Counted from the first letter of the stretch, positions 52,369 through 63,468 are shown. The stretch: DNA of 64,000 bases from Parabacteroides sp. (GCA_041798765.1 JBHCAZ010000034.1:9116-73115), one strand, 5' to 3'. The notes: a model not told the origin generated them from the letters alone. Translations and numbers: made by a program.

Positions 52369-53544
52369 TTATATTTTGGATGTAAAATCTTTTTTTGTCC
52401 GGTTTGTTTTGAGAAGGGCAAAATAGCCGTTCCATACAGGAAGCAGCAACTCGATAAAGGGCAACCAGCCGACCGGGAAAGATTGACGCAACATCGTTGC
52501 CGATTTCTTGAAAACAATCATTTTTATAATCCACCGGACGAGCAGGAAACTGCCTCCCAACAGGCTGAAGAACCAATTTCCACCTATTCCTACCCCGATA
52601 CAAAAGATGGATGCGGCCAGTAAGCATATAAAACCGGCAGTATCGAGCCTGAAAACGGCCGATTGCCATCCTCTGTAGTATTTTCGTGTGGTTTTTTGAG
52701 CGATTTTGACCTCTTTATAAGCCGAAAAATCGTTTAAGCGATCGGTTTCGGTAATACTACTGGGGCTGTAATTAACGCGTGTATTGTGTCCGTCGGCCGT
52801 TTCATTGACGAATAAATCATCGGCTCCGGCATGCAGGTTCAACGACTGGCTATAGCCTTTATGGGCAAAAAAGAGGCTTTGCCGATAGGATAGATTCCGG
52901 CCGTCGCCGAAGAAAGGATGCCCTCCTAATGCCGAAGAGAGGCATTGCAGGCCACGTGCTACATTTTCGTATGCGCATATTTTTTGCCAAATACCCGGAT
53001 AATTTCCGTAAGAAGAGAAGCCCAATATGATTTCGCTGTGCTCCCGATAGGATCCGGCCATGGAAGCGATCCAGTTTTTTTCGAGCGGACGGCAGGAGGC
53101 TTCGGTAAACAGCAGTTTGTCGTGCTTTGCTGCTTTGATTCCGATCATGAGCGCCAGTTTTTTATGGCTCAAATAACGGGTCTCGACAGGAACAAAACTG
53201 TAATACAAATGCTTGTAAGAAAGAGAGAAACGTTTGAGGATATCTTCGCTCTCGGCATCCGACCCATCGTTCACGACTATGACTTCATAGTCGGGGTATT
53301 CCTGCTCTAAAATAAAAGGAAGATTGCGTTCGAGCGCTTCCGGTTCTCGATGCGCATATACAATGACCGATACGGGGGTATTCGTCGGTATTATCCGATC
53401 GGTTGCCGGATCGTTTTTTTTGTATAAACGGAGCGGACGGGCATAGATATACAGTATAAAAAACAGTTGTAACAAAAAAAGTCCTGCCGATATTCCCGTC
53501 AAATACCATTCGGCCGTCGAAAAAGTGGAAAAAAAGTTGCTCAT
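52369..53544 (-). CDS. GT2 membrane glycosyltransferase
   Basis: VSVIVYA, VVNDGS, KKLALMIGI, TM ends. Confidence 0.85.
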   Translation of the reverse strand: MSNFFSTFSTAEWYLTGISAGLFLLQLFFILYIYARPLRLYKKNDPATDRIIPTNTPVSVIVYAHREPEALERNLPFILEQEYPDYEVIVVNDGSDAESEDILKRFSLSYKHLYYSFVPVETRYLSHKKLALMIGIKAAKHDKLLFTEASCRPLEKNWIASMAGSYREHSEIILGFSSYGNYPGIWQKICAYENVARGLQCLSSALGGHPFFGDGRNLSYRQSLFFAHKGYSQSLNLHAGADDLFVNETADGHNTRVNYSPSSITETDRLNDFSAYKEVKIAQKTTRKYYRGWQSAVFRLDTAGFICLLAASIFCIGVGIGGNWFFSLLGGSFLLVRWIIKMIVFKKSATMLRQSFPVGWLPFIELLLPVWNGYFALLKTNRTKKDFTSKI

Positions 53545-53619
53545 CGATCCTTTGTTTTGATGCCTGCAAAGGTACGGAGATTTCCCGATTATTCTGCGCT
53601 TTTGTTGAAAAACACCACT

Positions 53620-54789
53620 TTATAGCCTGTCGGAAAAATAGGCTTGCGGAAGTTTTCGGCAATTATACTGAGAGGCCATGACCTCGCCATAGGCTCCGGC
53701 TGAACGCAACGCAATAAAATCGCCCCGATGTGCTTTATTCAGTTCGACATCTTTGCCGAATACATCCGATGACTCACAGACCGGTCCGACCACGTCGTAG
53801 ATTTCCAACGATGCGTCGCTGCTGATATTTTCGATCCGGTGATAGGCGTCGTACATGGCCGGACGGATCAGTTCTGTAAATCCGGCATCCAAAATGCAGA
53901 AGTTCTTCGTCTCGCCCTCTTTTACGTACAAGACCCTGGAAATCAGCGTTCCGCACTGGGCTACAATCGAACGCCCCGGCTCAAAATGGATCTGTTGGTT
54001 TTTACGCGGTTGCAACAGTTTTTTGAATACGGCAAAATAATTATCGAATGCCGGAATTGGCAGGTGATTCGGGTGATAATAGTCGATTCCGAGTCCCCCT
54101 CCGAAATTCAGGTGCTCGACTTCGATGCCGCGTGCATCCAATTCTTCCTGAATCTCGTTTACCCGGATTACCAATCCTCTGAAAGCGGCCATGTCTGTAA
54201 TTTGCGAACCGATATGGCAATGTATACCGATCAACTTGATATTTTTCAGAGAGGCAAGACGATCTAATACGCTCCCTAATTGGCTTAAATTGATTCCGAA
54301 CTTGTTTTCTTTCAGCCCGGTTGTTATTTTGGCATGGGTATGTGCGTCTACTTCCGGGTTGATACGGAGTGCGATCGAGGCCGTTTTATGGTGGGCGGCT
54401 GCCAATTCGTTGATGATTTCCAGTTCGGTAGCCGACTCTACATTAAAACAAAAAATATCATGCTCCAATCCGATGTTTATTTCCCAATCGGCTTTTCCTA
54501 CGCCTGCAAAGACGATTTTGTGTGCAGGGAATCCTGCTGTAAGAGCTGCCTGCATTTCACCTCCGCTCACGCAATCCGCCCCAAACCCATAGCCGGCAAT
54601 GGTGGATAGGATACGGGGATTGGCATTTGCCTTGATGGCATAATGGACATGATAGCCGTATTTCTCCGATTCATTTTTGACGGTCTGAAGCGTTTCATTC
54701 AATAATTCTATATTATAAAAATAGAACGGCGTGTCGAGCGCTTGAAATTTATCGATCGGGAATGTTCCTTTGAGCATGTGTACGTACAA
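53620..54789 (-). CDS. lysA: diaminopimelate decarboxylase
   Basis: YAIKAN, HCHIGSQ, EPGR, GPVCESSD. Confidence 0.96.
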   Translation of the reverse strand: MYVHMLKGTFPIDKFQALDTPFYFYNIELLNETLQTVKNESEKYGYHVHYAIKANANPRILSTIAGYGFGADCVSGGEMQAALTAGFPAHKIVFAGVGKADWEINIGLEHDIFCFNVESATELEIINELAAAHHKTASIALRINPEVDAHTHAKITTGLKENKFGINLSQLGSVLDRLASLKNIKLIGIHCHIGSQITDMAAFRGLVIRVNEIQEELDARGIEVEHLNFGGGLGIDYYHPNHLPIPAFDNYFAVFKKLLQPRKNQQIHFEPGRSIVAQCGTLISRVLYVKEGETKNFCILDAGFTELIRPAMYDAYHRIENISSDASLEIYDVVGPVCESSDVFGKDVELNKAHRGDFIALRSAGAYGEVMASQYNCRKLPQAYFSDRL

Positions 54790-54816
54790 TTCGGAAAAAG
54801 TTGAAATTCTGTTTGC

Positions 54817-56130
54817 TTAGTTGTTAAACAACTGTTTGCTTAACGCTTGCAGTGCTTTTTGCTTATCAGACGATTTGACCAGCAAAGAAACATTGTAATT
54901 GCTTCCTCCGTATGAAATCATACGCACCGGCAGGTCTTTCATGGCCTGTATGATATTGGCCTCAAAACCTACATTGTCCCATTCCAGATCGCCTACGACG
55001 CATACGATCACCATGTCTTCGTCTACAGTGACGGTGCCATATTTTTTCAGGTCGTCTACAATTTCTTCAAGATGTTTGCGGTTGTCTATGGTGACCGAAA
55101 CACCCACTTCGGAAGTCGTGACCATATCGATCGGAGTCTGGTAGTTCTCGAAAATTTCGAAAACTTTCCGGAGAAATCCGGTAGCCAACAACATGCGTCC
55201 GCTTTTGATTTTTATGGCGATAATATTGTCTTTTGCTGCGACTGCTTTGATCTTTCCTTTTTCCGTAGCATTGGAAATCAGTGTCCCTTGTGCTTCCGGC
55301 TGCATCGTATTCAACAGACGTACCGGGATGTTATTCAATTTTGCCGGCAAAATACAGGTAGGATGCAGGATTTTTGCACCGAAATAGGCCAACTCGGCCG
55401 CTTCTTCGAAGTGCAGATGGCGTACCGGGGTTGTTCCCTCTACATATCGGGGGTCGTTATTGTGCATGCCGTCGATATCGGTCCATATTTGAATTTCTTC
55501 CGCTCCGATAGCCGCTCCTACGAGCGAAGCGCTGTAATCGCTTCCACCGCGTTGCAGGTTATCGATTTCTCCATAAGCGTTTCTGCATATATAGCCCTGT
55601 GTGATAAATAAATCCGCGTCTTTGTGCATATCCAATAACTGCAACAGTTTTTCTTTAATGTAGACCGGGTCGGGTTCGGCATTTTTATCGGTACGCATGT
55701 AGTCTAAAGCCGGGATCAATGCCGACTTGATGCCGCATTCGTTCAGGTACAGATTCATCATGCCGGTGGAAATCAATTCCCCTTGTGCTAAAACCACTTT
55801 TTCTTCAAAAAGCGTAAACAGGTCTTTGGTGAAAGAACGAATATAATCGAAATGATATTTGATCAGCTCTTTGGCTTTCTGTTTGTATTCGTCCGTGCGA
55901 TACAGGGATTCTATATGCTCGTAATATTTCTGAGCCAGTTTTGTAATGATCTCGTTTGCTCCATCCGGATTTTTTTTATACAGGTAATCCGAAATTTCGA
56001 CCAGTGTATTGGTCGTTCCTGACATGGCAGACAATACAATGATGTTGCATTCTCCGGAAATCAGCTTCGCAACTTCTTGCATGCGTTGTGCAGACCCTAC
56101 AGATGTTCCGCCAAACTTTAAGACTTTCAT
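54817..56130 (-). CDS. lysC: aspartate kinase
   Basis: KFGGTSV, RGGSDYSA, ACT domains; TAACTTTG at 56175-56182. Confidence 0.95.
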   Translation of the reverse strand: MKVLKFGGTSVGSAQRMQEVAKLISGECNIIVLSAMSGTTNTLVEISDYLYKKNPDGANEIITKLAQKYYEHIESLYRTDEYKQKAKELIKYHFDYIRSFTKDLFTLFEEKVVLAQGELISTGMMNLYLNECGIKSALIPALDYMRTDKNAEPDPVYIKEKLLQLLDMHKDADLFITQGYICRNAYGEIDNLQRGGSDYSASLVGAAIGAEEIQIWTDIDGMHNNDPRYVEGTTPVRHLHFEEAAELAYFGAKILHPTCILPAKLNNIPVRLLNTMQPEAQGTLISNATEKGKIKAVAAKDNIIAIKIKSGRMLLATGFLRKVFEIFENYQTPIDMVTTSEVGVSVTIDNRKHLEEIVDDLKKYGTVTVDEDMVIVCVVGDLEWDNVGFEANIIQAMKDLPVRMISYGGSNYNVSLLVKSSDKQKALQALSKQLFNN

Positions 56131-56197
56131 TTCGCTCTATATTAAATTGTTCTTCTTTTCTTTATCAGTGCGTGCAAAGTTACGCAAAAAAAGTTTT

Positions 56198-56869
56198 TTA
56201 AACATCAAGCAGACAGCAATTCTCACATTTTACTATCCGTGCCGGAAAATTATGCACAAGCGAGTAGTTATGCGTGCTCATGATGACGGCAGTTCCTTTC
56301 CGGGATATTTCATGAAGCAACTGAACGATTTGGCTGCTTGTCTCCGGATCTAAATTGCCGGTCGGTTCGTCGGCCAAGATCAGTGCGGGGTTGTTCAGTA
56401 AGGCCCGGGCAATCGACACCCGCTGTTGTTCTCCTCCCGAAAGTTCATGAGGCATTTTATAGCCTTTATCTTGCATGCCTACTTGAACCAAGACTTCGTC
56501 GATGCGGGCGGCAATGTCGTTTTTCTTTTTCCACCCTGTTGCTTTTAGTACGAATTCGAGATTTTTGAAGACTGACCGGTCCGTCAATAACTGGAAATCC
56601 TGAAAAATGATTCCCAATTTGCGACGAAGGTATGGAATCTCTTTTTTCTTGATTTTACGCAAGTTGTATTCCATTAACTGCGCAGAGCCTTCTTTGATGG
56701 CAATCTCGCAATATAGCGTTTTCAGCAGACTGCTTTTCCCGGAGCCTACTTTTCCGATTATATATACGAATTCTCCGTTGTGAAGTGCAAAAGAAGCATT
56801 TCTCAGGATCACGTTCTCTTCGTGACGGATTTCAATATCGTCTAATTTTAACAGAGTTGTTTCTTCCAT
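56198..56869 (-). CDS. ftsE: FtsE-like ABC ATPase
   Basis: [34 protein letters not shown]. Confidence 0.8.
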   Translation of the reverse strand: MEETTLLKLDDIEIRHEENVILRNASFALHNGEFVYIIGKVGSGKSSLLKTLYCEIAIKEGSAQLMEYNLRKIKKKEIPYLRRKLGIIFQDFQLLTDRSVFKNLEFVLKATGWKKKNDIAARIDEVLVQVGMQDKGYKMPHELSGGEQQRVSIARALLNNPALILADEPTGNLDPETSSQIVQLLHEISRKGTAVIMSTHNYSLVHNFPARIVKCENCCLLDV

Positions 56870-56871
56870 AT

Positions 56872-57489
56872 TTATTCTTTGTGTCTTCTTTGTAGTTCGC
56901 GTGAAAGATCTTCGATACTGAACCCTTTGCTGGTCAGTAATACGATTAAGTGGTAGATCAGGTCGGCTGCTTCGTAAATGAATTGGTCGTCTGTTCCGTT
57001 GGTGGCCTCGATGACGGTTTCCACTGCTTCTTCACCGACTTTTTGTGCCATTCGGTTAATCCCTTTCTGGAAGAGCGTTGTTGTATACGAACCTTCCGGC
57101 ATTTCTTGCCGGCGGCGTTCAATGAAATGTTGCAGATATTTCAGAAAAAGGATGTCATCGGCGTTTTTTTCGCCGAAGCAAGTATCTTTTCCGGTGTGAC
57201 AAACAGGACCGGCGGGGGTGGCCTTTATGAGTAAGGTGTCGTTGTCGCAATCTGCTGTTATCGTATTTACCGACAGAATGTTTCCGCTACTTTCTCCTTT
57301 CATCCAGATCCGATTTTTGCTTCGGCTGAAAAAGGTTACTTTTCCTGTTGAAACAGTCTGGTTGTAAGCCTCTTCATTCATAAAGCCCACCATCAATACT
57401 TTACTGGTGTTCGTGTCTTGGATGACAGCGGGAATCAATCCTCCCATTTTCTCAAAATCTAATTTCATCGTTTTATTTTTTATTTTCAA
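56872..57489 (-). CDS. hisIE: bifunctional HisIE
   Basis: KGESSGN, DCDNDTLL, CHTG, KVGEEAVE. Confidence 0.96.
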   Translation of the reverse strand: MKIKNKTMKLDFEKMGGLIPAVIQDTNTSKVLMVGFMNEEAYNQTVSTGKVTFFSRSKNRIWMKGESSGNILSVNTITADCDNDTLLIKATPAGPVCHTGKDTCFGEKNADDILFLKYLQHFIERRRQEMPEGSYTTTLFQKGINRMAQKVGEEAVETVIEATNGTDDQFIYEAADLIYHLIVLLTSKGFSIEDLSRELQRRHKE

Positions 57490-57492
57490 ATT

Positions 57493-58248
57493 TTATATCC
57501 GGACATTGATGCCATTATCGAGCAGGTATTGTTTGAGTTCCGGCAGCGGAATTTCTCCGAAATGAAATACGCTGGCAGCCAATGCCGCATCGGCTTTCCC
57601 ACATGTGAATACCTCTTTGAAATGCTCTTTCAGGCCGGCTCCTCCGGATGCTATAAGCGGAATATGCAGCCGTTCGGATAAAACGGCTAATGTCTCGTTG
57701 GCATAACCGTCTTTTACGCCATCATGTTTCATGCTGGTAAATAAAATTTCGCCGGCTCCCCGTTCTTCTGCTTCTACCGCCCATTGCACTAACTTTTTAT
57801 CCGTGGCAATGCGTCCGCCATTCATATAACAGACCCACTCGCCCCGTTCGTGATTGGCATCAATGGCGACAACACATACCTGAGACCCGAAATTCCGGGC
57901 GATTTCTCCGATCAGATCCGGATGGCGTAAGGCTGCCGAGTTGATAGATACTTTGTCGGCTCCGGCATTCAGCAGGCGGTCTACATCGCGTATTTCGTTG
58001 ATTCCGCCTCCGACGGTAAACGGAATGTGGATATGGGCTGCCACTTCTCTTACCAGTTCAGTAAATGTTTTCCGCTCTTCGTGAGATGCCGTGATATCTA
58101 AATAGATCAATTCATCCGCTCCCTCTTCGCTGTACCGGGCGCCTAATTCTACCGGATCGCCCGCGTCACGAAAATTGATGAAATGCGTACCTTTTACTGT
58201 TTTTCCTCCCTTGACGTCGAGGCAGGGTATAATTCGTTTGGCTAACAT
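57493..58248 (-). CDS. hisF: IGP synthase cyclase subunit
   Basis: [27 protein letters not shown]. Confidence 0.98.
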   Translation of the reverse strand: MLAKRIIPCLDVKGGKTVKGTHFINFRDAGDPVELGARYSEEGADELIYLDITASHEERKTFTELVREVAAHIHIPFTVGGGINEIRDVDRLLNAGADKVSINSAALRHPDLIGEIARNFGSQVCVVAIDANHERGEWVCYMNGGRIATDKKLVQWAVEAEERGAGEILFTSMKHDGVKDGYANETLAVLSERLHIPLIASGGAGLKEHFKEVFTCGKADAALAASVFHFGEIPLPELKQYLLDNGINVRI

Positions 58249-58261
58249 ACGCCTTGCTTTT

Positions 58262-58990
58262 TTATCTGATTAAAAATTGAGAAAGATCTTTTAATAGGAT
58301 CTTTCCTTCGTAAATCGCTTTGCCGAAGATAACTGCCGGAATGCCGGCCTCGGCTAATTTCTCGATATCTGAAACGGAACCGACTCCGCCACTCGCTATC
58401 AGGTACAAGGAAGGAATCGTCTCTCTGATTTCTTTATATAAAGGTATAGCAGGACCTTGCAACATACCATCCTTGCTGATGTCGGTGCAAATCGTCTGTG
58501 TGATCCCTTTTTGGCAATATTCAAGTAAAAAAGGAATTAATTCGCTGTCGGTCGTTTCTTCCCATCCGCTGATCGCGATGTATTTGTCTCGTACGTCGGC
58601 GCCGAGTATGATTTTTTCCGCTCCGAAGCGGGCGACCCACGAGATGAATACTTCCGGGTCCTTGACGGCAATGCTGCCACCGGTAACCTTTTGCGCGCCG
58701 CTTTCGAATGCAATATTCAAGTCGTCTTCTTGTTTCAGTCCTCCTCCGAAATCGATAATTAAAGAGGTTTTGCCGGCCAGCCGTTCGAGCGTCCGGTAGT
58801 TGACAATATGACCTTGTCGAGCTCCATCCAAATCCACTACATGCAGTCTGTTTATACCACAATCCTCAAACATTTTGGCCACTTCGAGCGGATCTTCGTT
58901 GTACACTTTACGGGTATCGTAGTTGCCTTGTGTCAAACGGACGCATTTTCCGTCGATGATATCTATTGCCGGGATCAATTCGATTGCCAT
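58262..58990 (-). CDS. hisA: ProFAR isomerase
   Basis: IPAIDI...[24 protein letters not shown]. Confidence 0.97.
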   Translation of the reverse strand: MAIELIPAIDIIDGKCVRLTQGNYDTRKVYNEDPLEVAKMFEDCGINRLHVVDLDGARQGHIVNYRTLERLAGKTSLIIDFGGGLKQEDDLNIAFESGAQKVTGGSIAVKDPEVFISWVARFGAEKIILGADVRDKYIAISGWEETTDSELIPFLLEYCQKGITQTICTDISKDGMLQGPAIPLYKEIRETIPSLYLIASGGVGSVSDIEKLAEAGIPAVIFGKAIYEGKILLKDLSQFLIR

Positions 58991-58992
58991 GA

Positions 58993-59583
58993 TTATAACG
59001 CTAAAAAGTTTTTCAAAATGATCTCGCCTATCGATCCGCTTTTTTCAGGATGAAATTGAGTGGCATAAAAATTTTCTTTACAGAGGGCTGCACTAAAGGG
59101 CGTGATGTATTCGGCTGTTGCAATGGTACAGTTGTTTACGGGAACGTAGTAACTGTGTACAAAGTATACGAATTGGTTTTCGAGCGAGGGATTGAAAAGA
59201 CCACTTTTGACATCACTAAGCGTATTCCATCCCATATGAGGAACTTTATCTTCCTGTTTACGGGCGATAAAACGCTTCACCTCCGTGTCGAAAATATGCA
59301 GGCAATCGACATCCCCTTCTTCCGAATGGCGGCATAATAACTGCATTCCGAGACAAATTCCCAAGACAGGCTGTTTCAGGCTCCGAATAAGTTCATCTAA
59401 ATGATGGTCTTTTAGATAACTCATCGTGGTATTTGCTTCGCCTACACCGGGAAATATGACTTTGTCGGCTTTTTGTAACTGTTCGGGATCTGCTGTAATA
59501 ACAGGATCTAATCCCAATCGTTTCAGTGCATGAAGAACGGAATAGATATTTCCGGCATTATATTTGACGATGGCTACATCCAT
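58993..59583 (-). CDS. hisH: IGP synthase glutaminase subunit
   Basis: PGVG, GICLGMQ, PHMGWN, QFHPEKS; TAGTTTTG at 59611-59618. Confidence 0.97.
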   Translation of the reverse strand: MDVAIVKYNAGNIYSVLHALKRLGLDPVITADPEQLQKADKVIFPGVGEANTTMSYLKDHHLDELIRSLKQPVLGICLGMQLLCRHSEEGDVDCLHIFDTEVKRFIARKQEDKVPHMGWNTLSDVKSGLFNPSLENQFVYFVHSYYVPVNNCTIATAEYITPFSAALCKENFYATQFHPEKSGSIGEIILKNFLAL

Positions 59584-59822
59584 TGTTACTCTTTATTTCT
59601 TATTAAGTTGCAAAACTAACAAATTATCATGACAATCGACAAATCGCCTTATAAAAAAACACCTGAAACCCTCCTTTTGAAAACGGACGATTATACACGA
59701 AGAGCGTTTGCCGGATGGGATATAGAGGCTTTTGAAGAGGATATTGCCCGTCAGAATATTCATTTTTTTATGGAAATGATTAAAAAATAAGGAATGCTAT
59801 TGCATAATTCAAATAAACTCTC

Positions 59823-59830
59823 TACTTTTG
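59823..59830 (+). promoter_or_regulatory. -7 box of the tRNA pair
   Basis: TACTTTTG. Confidence 0.65.
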
Positions 59831-59874
59831 CCACGCAATTCAGAGGAATGGCATAAAAAAGTTTTTTGAGTATT

Positions 59875-59948
59875 GCTCTGGTAGTTCAGTTGGTTAGAAT
59901 ACATGCCTGTCACGCATGGGGTCGCGGGTTCGAGTCCCGTCCAGACCG
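59875..59948 (+). tRNA. tRNA-Asp(GTC) copy 1, C2:C71 mismatch
   Basis: Cloverleaf, anticodon loop CTGTCAC, GGTTCGAGTCC; starts GCTCTGG. Confidence 0.92.
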
Positions 59949-59981
59949 CCTTTTTACTCAAGAATACAAAATAGAAATATT

Positions 59982-60055
59982 GGTCTGGTAGTTCAGTTGG
60001 TTAGAATACATGCCTGTCACGCATGGGGTCGCGGGTTCGAGTCCCGTCCAGACCG
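59982..60055 (+). tRNA. tRNA-Asp(GTC) copy 2
   Basis: GGTCTGG/CCAGACC acceptor stem, GTC anticodon, discriminator G. Confidence 0.98.
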
Positions 60056-60056
60056 C

Positions 60057-60100
60057 AAAAAGGTGCAAATTTCGTATTTACGAGATTTGTACCTTTTTTT
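60057..60100 (+). terminator. terminator after tRNAs
   Basis: AAAAAGGTGCAAATTTCGTA...TACGAGATTTGTACCTTTTTTT. Confidence 0.75.
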
Positions 60101-60461
60101 ACATCCGGACAATATCGTCTTTTCATTTATAATTATTACTACCTATTTTTTCACTTCGTTTTTTAGTTATTACTTTTTCTCCCTGATGTTTTGAGCCGCA
60201 TTCGCCGAAAACTAAAAGTACAGTAAAAATCCTCGATTTAAATCAAGACTTATTAAAATAGAATGTTTACCTTTCTATGTTCAAGTTTTCAAGTACGATT
60301 GTATTCGACGAAATCAGCCGGATATTATTCTGTATTTCAATCGAAAGGCTATCTGTTAAAGTTTTATGCCGTTCCGGTTCTGCATTCATCGTCAGGTTAA
60401 TCAGCATTGCTTCAAACGATTGGATACCGTTGAATTGATTATGAGAATCTGTAACAAACTT

Positions 60462-60496
60462 TTGTTCGTCAAAAAGAAGATGATTTTGACGAACAA
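60462..60496. terminator. perfect 13-bp inverted repeat
   Basis: TTGTTCGTCAAAA-N9-TTTTGACGAACAA downstream of the ATPase pseudogene. Confidence 0.5.
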
Positions 60497-60574
60497 TATT
60501 GCCAATTATTGAATTGAGTTGCGTCTATAGGGGAAGGATGTCGGTGATTTGCATAAATACGAACTTTTTCCGTG

Positions 60575-61419
60575 TTATTTGCTTAAAAAATCATCCAAAT
60601 TCCACGCCGATATATGTTCTATTCCCTCATTGGTAGGGATTTTATAGTCGTCCATACTCACCACGTATTTATCGAAATTATCTTCAATGAGTTTTAACGA
60701 ACGGTATTCTCTTTCAATAGTTTTTTCTTCAGTCAATTGAAGCGTTACCTGCAAATAAAGCCTTTTGTCGCCTTTAATCGCTACAAAATCCACTTCGGCA
60801 TCCTTTATCGTTCCCACATAAACTTGATATCCGGCACGTCGCAAACTCAGAAAAACAGCATTTTCCAACAAATAACCAATTCCGTAACCGTATCCGGCAT
60901 AAAGATAGTTTCGATAAGCCAAATCGTTCAGATAATATTTGCTGTTGCCCGAAATGGTGTTTTTACCTTTTATATTGTAGCGTTCGGCACGATGAACGAG
61001 GAATGAATTTTCCAAATAATTGACGTAAGATGAAAGTGTTTCGTAGTTTGTTTTCCGTTTTTTAGATGCGAAAAAGTTGATGATGTTTGTTATCGAAATC
61101 AAATTGGATGCAGTATTTACCAAATAAACAAACAAATCGTCTAATAGCTTAACGTCCTTCACATTATACCGTCCCACAATGTCACGCAACATAACTGTAT
61201 CCTTGATGGACGACACGTAATTCTGCTTCATTTCATCGTTGGGCAGATTGAAAAGTTCGGGCAAAGCTCCGCTTTGAAGGAATTTTCTGTAGCTTTCGCT
61301 ATTGATTTCCAGTCCTGAAATACCACAAAATTCGGGAAAACTAAACGGGAAAATCTCAAATCTATCGGGTTGCTATCCCAGAAATTGTATTTCCTTATTG
61401 AATTAATTATTTCAATCAT
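60575..61419 (-). pseudogene. AAA_14/DUF4143 ATPase with internal deletion and frameshift
   Basis: N-terminal MIEIINSIRKYNFWDSNPIDL joined out of frame near 61358 to FEIFPFSFPEF...GALPE; C-terminal KYYLND, LEN, EVDFV intact; no Walker A. Confidence 0.85.
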
Positions 61420-61498
61420 ACTTGAAAAATTTTAGCAAATGTAGAAATTTTAAAACGCACTTGAAAATTTTGACCGGCTTTTTCTTCAGATAATCTCT

Positions 61499-61918
61499 CT
61501 ACAACTGATTAAACTTACTCGTTGCACTTGCTTTAATATCGTCAGCAATGTCGATGTAAGGTTTCATAGCCTTATAATCGCTGTGCCCTGTCCATTTCAT
61601 CACTACATTTGCCGGAATGCCTGGCGAAAGGGTGTTGCAAATAAATGTGTGACGAGCGTCGTGGGTGCTTAGCACGGCGTATTTGGGCAAAATGGTTTCA
61701 ATGCGTTCGTTTCCTTTGTAGTGTGTTTGGTGCACTGGATTGTCAAGCCCTGCCAGTTTAGCCAAATTTTTCAAATAACTGTTCATTTTTTGGTTGGATA
61801 TTACGGGAAATACTTTTTCGTTCTCAAAATGAAAATCCTTGTATTTATCGTATATGGCTTTGCTTCTATCCACGCACCTTTTTTTACACATGAAAACAAG
61901 TGTTCCTCCATTAGCCAT
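61499..61918 (-). pseudogene. tyrosine integrase, C-terminal fragment
   Basis: SNQKMNSYLK, THDARHTF, WTGHS, KPYI; N-terminal domains and first catalytic Arg missing. Confidence 0.88.
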
Positions 61919-61986
61919 CTCAGTGCAATTTCAAATACGATGTCGGATAATCTTTTTGAAGAACAACAAGGCGTGCGCCGTTTTAC

Positions 61987-62450
61987 CGGCCAAATGCCGT
62001 AATGTTAGATTATACGGAGTAACAAACGACAGATTTTCCGCCCGGATACGCGAGCAGATCCGCGCCGGGCTTGAGCAGGCAGGCGGCAAATCGTCTACAG
62101 AATTGCGATCCTCCTGGGCAAAAGAAATTTAACAAAAAAAAACTTGCAAGTGCGAAACCTTGTTCGTATATTGCAAAACAATTAAATATCAAACAGTCAT
62201 GATTTTATTCGAGTTGATATATTTCATTATTTGCCTGATATGTGCTATCATCGTTGCAAAGAAGCCGAATTTTGATCACAGATTCATGGCTTTGATCTGC
62301 ATTTTTGGTTTTACGCCTCTGTTAGGGATACCTTTCTATCGTTATATGGTCCATTGATTCTGTCCTTTCGTCTGCATCCCATAGCTGTTACTTTAGCCCC
62401 AAAAAGGAACGGCTATGGCAAAATCAAGACTGACGGAAGACGAAATCCGA
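61987..62450 (+). repeat. ~460-bp cassette, copy 1
   Basis: Direct repeat of 63538-64000. Confidence 0.95.
62199..62357 (+). CDS. 52-aa two-TM protein, allele 1
   Basis: MILFELIYFIICLICAIIVAKKPNFDHRFMALICIFGFTPLLGIPFYRYMVH; frame conserved with its paralogue; promoter-like TTG-N20-TATATTG upstream. Confidence 0.8.
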   Translation: MILFELIYFIICLICAIIVAKKPNFDHRFMALICIFGFTPLLGIPFYRYMVH

Positions 62451-62753
62451 TAAACGCATTGAAATATCCCTCATAAAAAGATATGGGCTCAAAACCTCAA
62501 TAGTGTTGGCTGCCTTTCGGATCCGTTCAGAAAGATTGATCAAAGTACTTTTTTTAACTTCGGCCTCTTCGGGCGTAAACGATGTAGGTTTACCATTTCC
62601 ATCTCTTCCGTCCATCTTATGATAAAGCCAAGATGCAAAATAGACCCGCGATATATTCGCCCATGAGACAGCGACAAGCAAATCGTGAAGGCGCTGTTTC
62701 ATTGTCATTGTTTCTTTGTTTTGAATCATGTCGTTTCCATCATTTTTTTTCAT
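62424..62753 (-). pseudogene. DUF5053-like HTH (antitoxin-like) gene, damaged
   Basis: VSWANISRVYF-ASWLYHKMDGRDGNGKPTSFTPEE; usual xKS after YF appears deleted and the stop is read through. Confidence 0.65.
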
Positions 62754-62904
62754 ATCAATCTTATAAAGACAGTATGAATTATTGTACTATCCAAGATTAT
62801 AGCACCTTTGGGAAGCATAAAAAGGCGGAAACAAGAACTTTTTTATATAAACCCTTTTGGGAGAAAAAAAGATTATGTATATTTACTTTGTAATCTAATA
62901 AAGG

Positions 62905-63170
62905 ATGAATGACTTAGAACAAAAAATCGCCGAATTGAAAAATGTAATCGGGAAATCAGACGAAAAGAGTAGATCCTCTTTCGAAGAGATATGCACCTAT
63001 TTGGAGGAGCGTAAAGATAGACCGGAAGTACAAGCAGTCTTAATGTTTTTTATTCAGAAAGGGATGGAAGAGATGCAAAACGAAATTGAACAACTACGGC
63101 AATAAATAGATGATGTTTATGACATTTTACCTATAGCATACATAGCGAAGCATTACTTAAGTAAGACTTT
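62905..63170 (+). pseudogene. second DUF5053-like gene, premature stop and truncation
   Basis: ...EQLRQ*IDDVYDILPIAYIAKHYLSKT continues in frame past TAA at 63103. Confidence 0.6.
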
Positions 63171-63210
63171 TTTTGATTACGAGTGTTTGAAAAGTGTTAA
63201 TCCAGAAGAT

Positions 63211-63436
63211 ATGAAAGTTGTATTTGTTATCGAAAAGTCTTCAGATGGTTTTTTCTCTTGTTATACAGAAAAAGACCTCGATGGGTTTGGTTTGTTAGGT
63301 TATGGAGATTCGGCCGAAGAAGCTAAGAATGATTTATAAATGCCTATACGGAAATAAAGGAAGATCGAAAAAAAGAAGGGCTGAATACCCCTGATATTGA
63401 ATTCGTTTGGAAATACGATGTGTAACCATTTTTTTG
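63211..63436 (+). pseudogene. HicB-like antitoxin, frameshifted
   Basis: MKVVFVIEKSSDGFFSCY...GYGDSAEEAKND, frameshift, INAYTEIKE...IEFVWKYDV*. Confidence 0.75.
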
Positions 63437-63468
63437 TCTAACCTTTTAGTACGAATATTATAGGCTTT

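Noticed and set aside
56131-56197. Lysine riboswitch upstream of lysC
   Set aside because: Only ~65 nt available and it holds a plain -7 box
59916-60194. 92-aa ORF
   Set aside because: Overlaps the two tRNA genes
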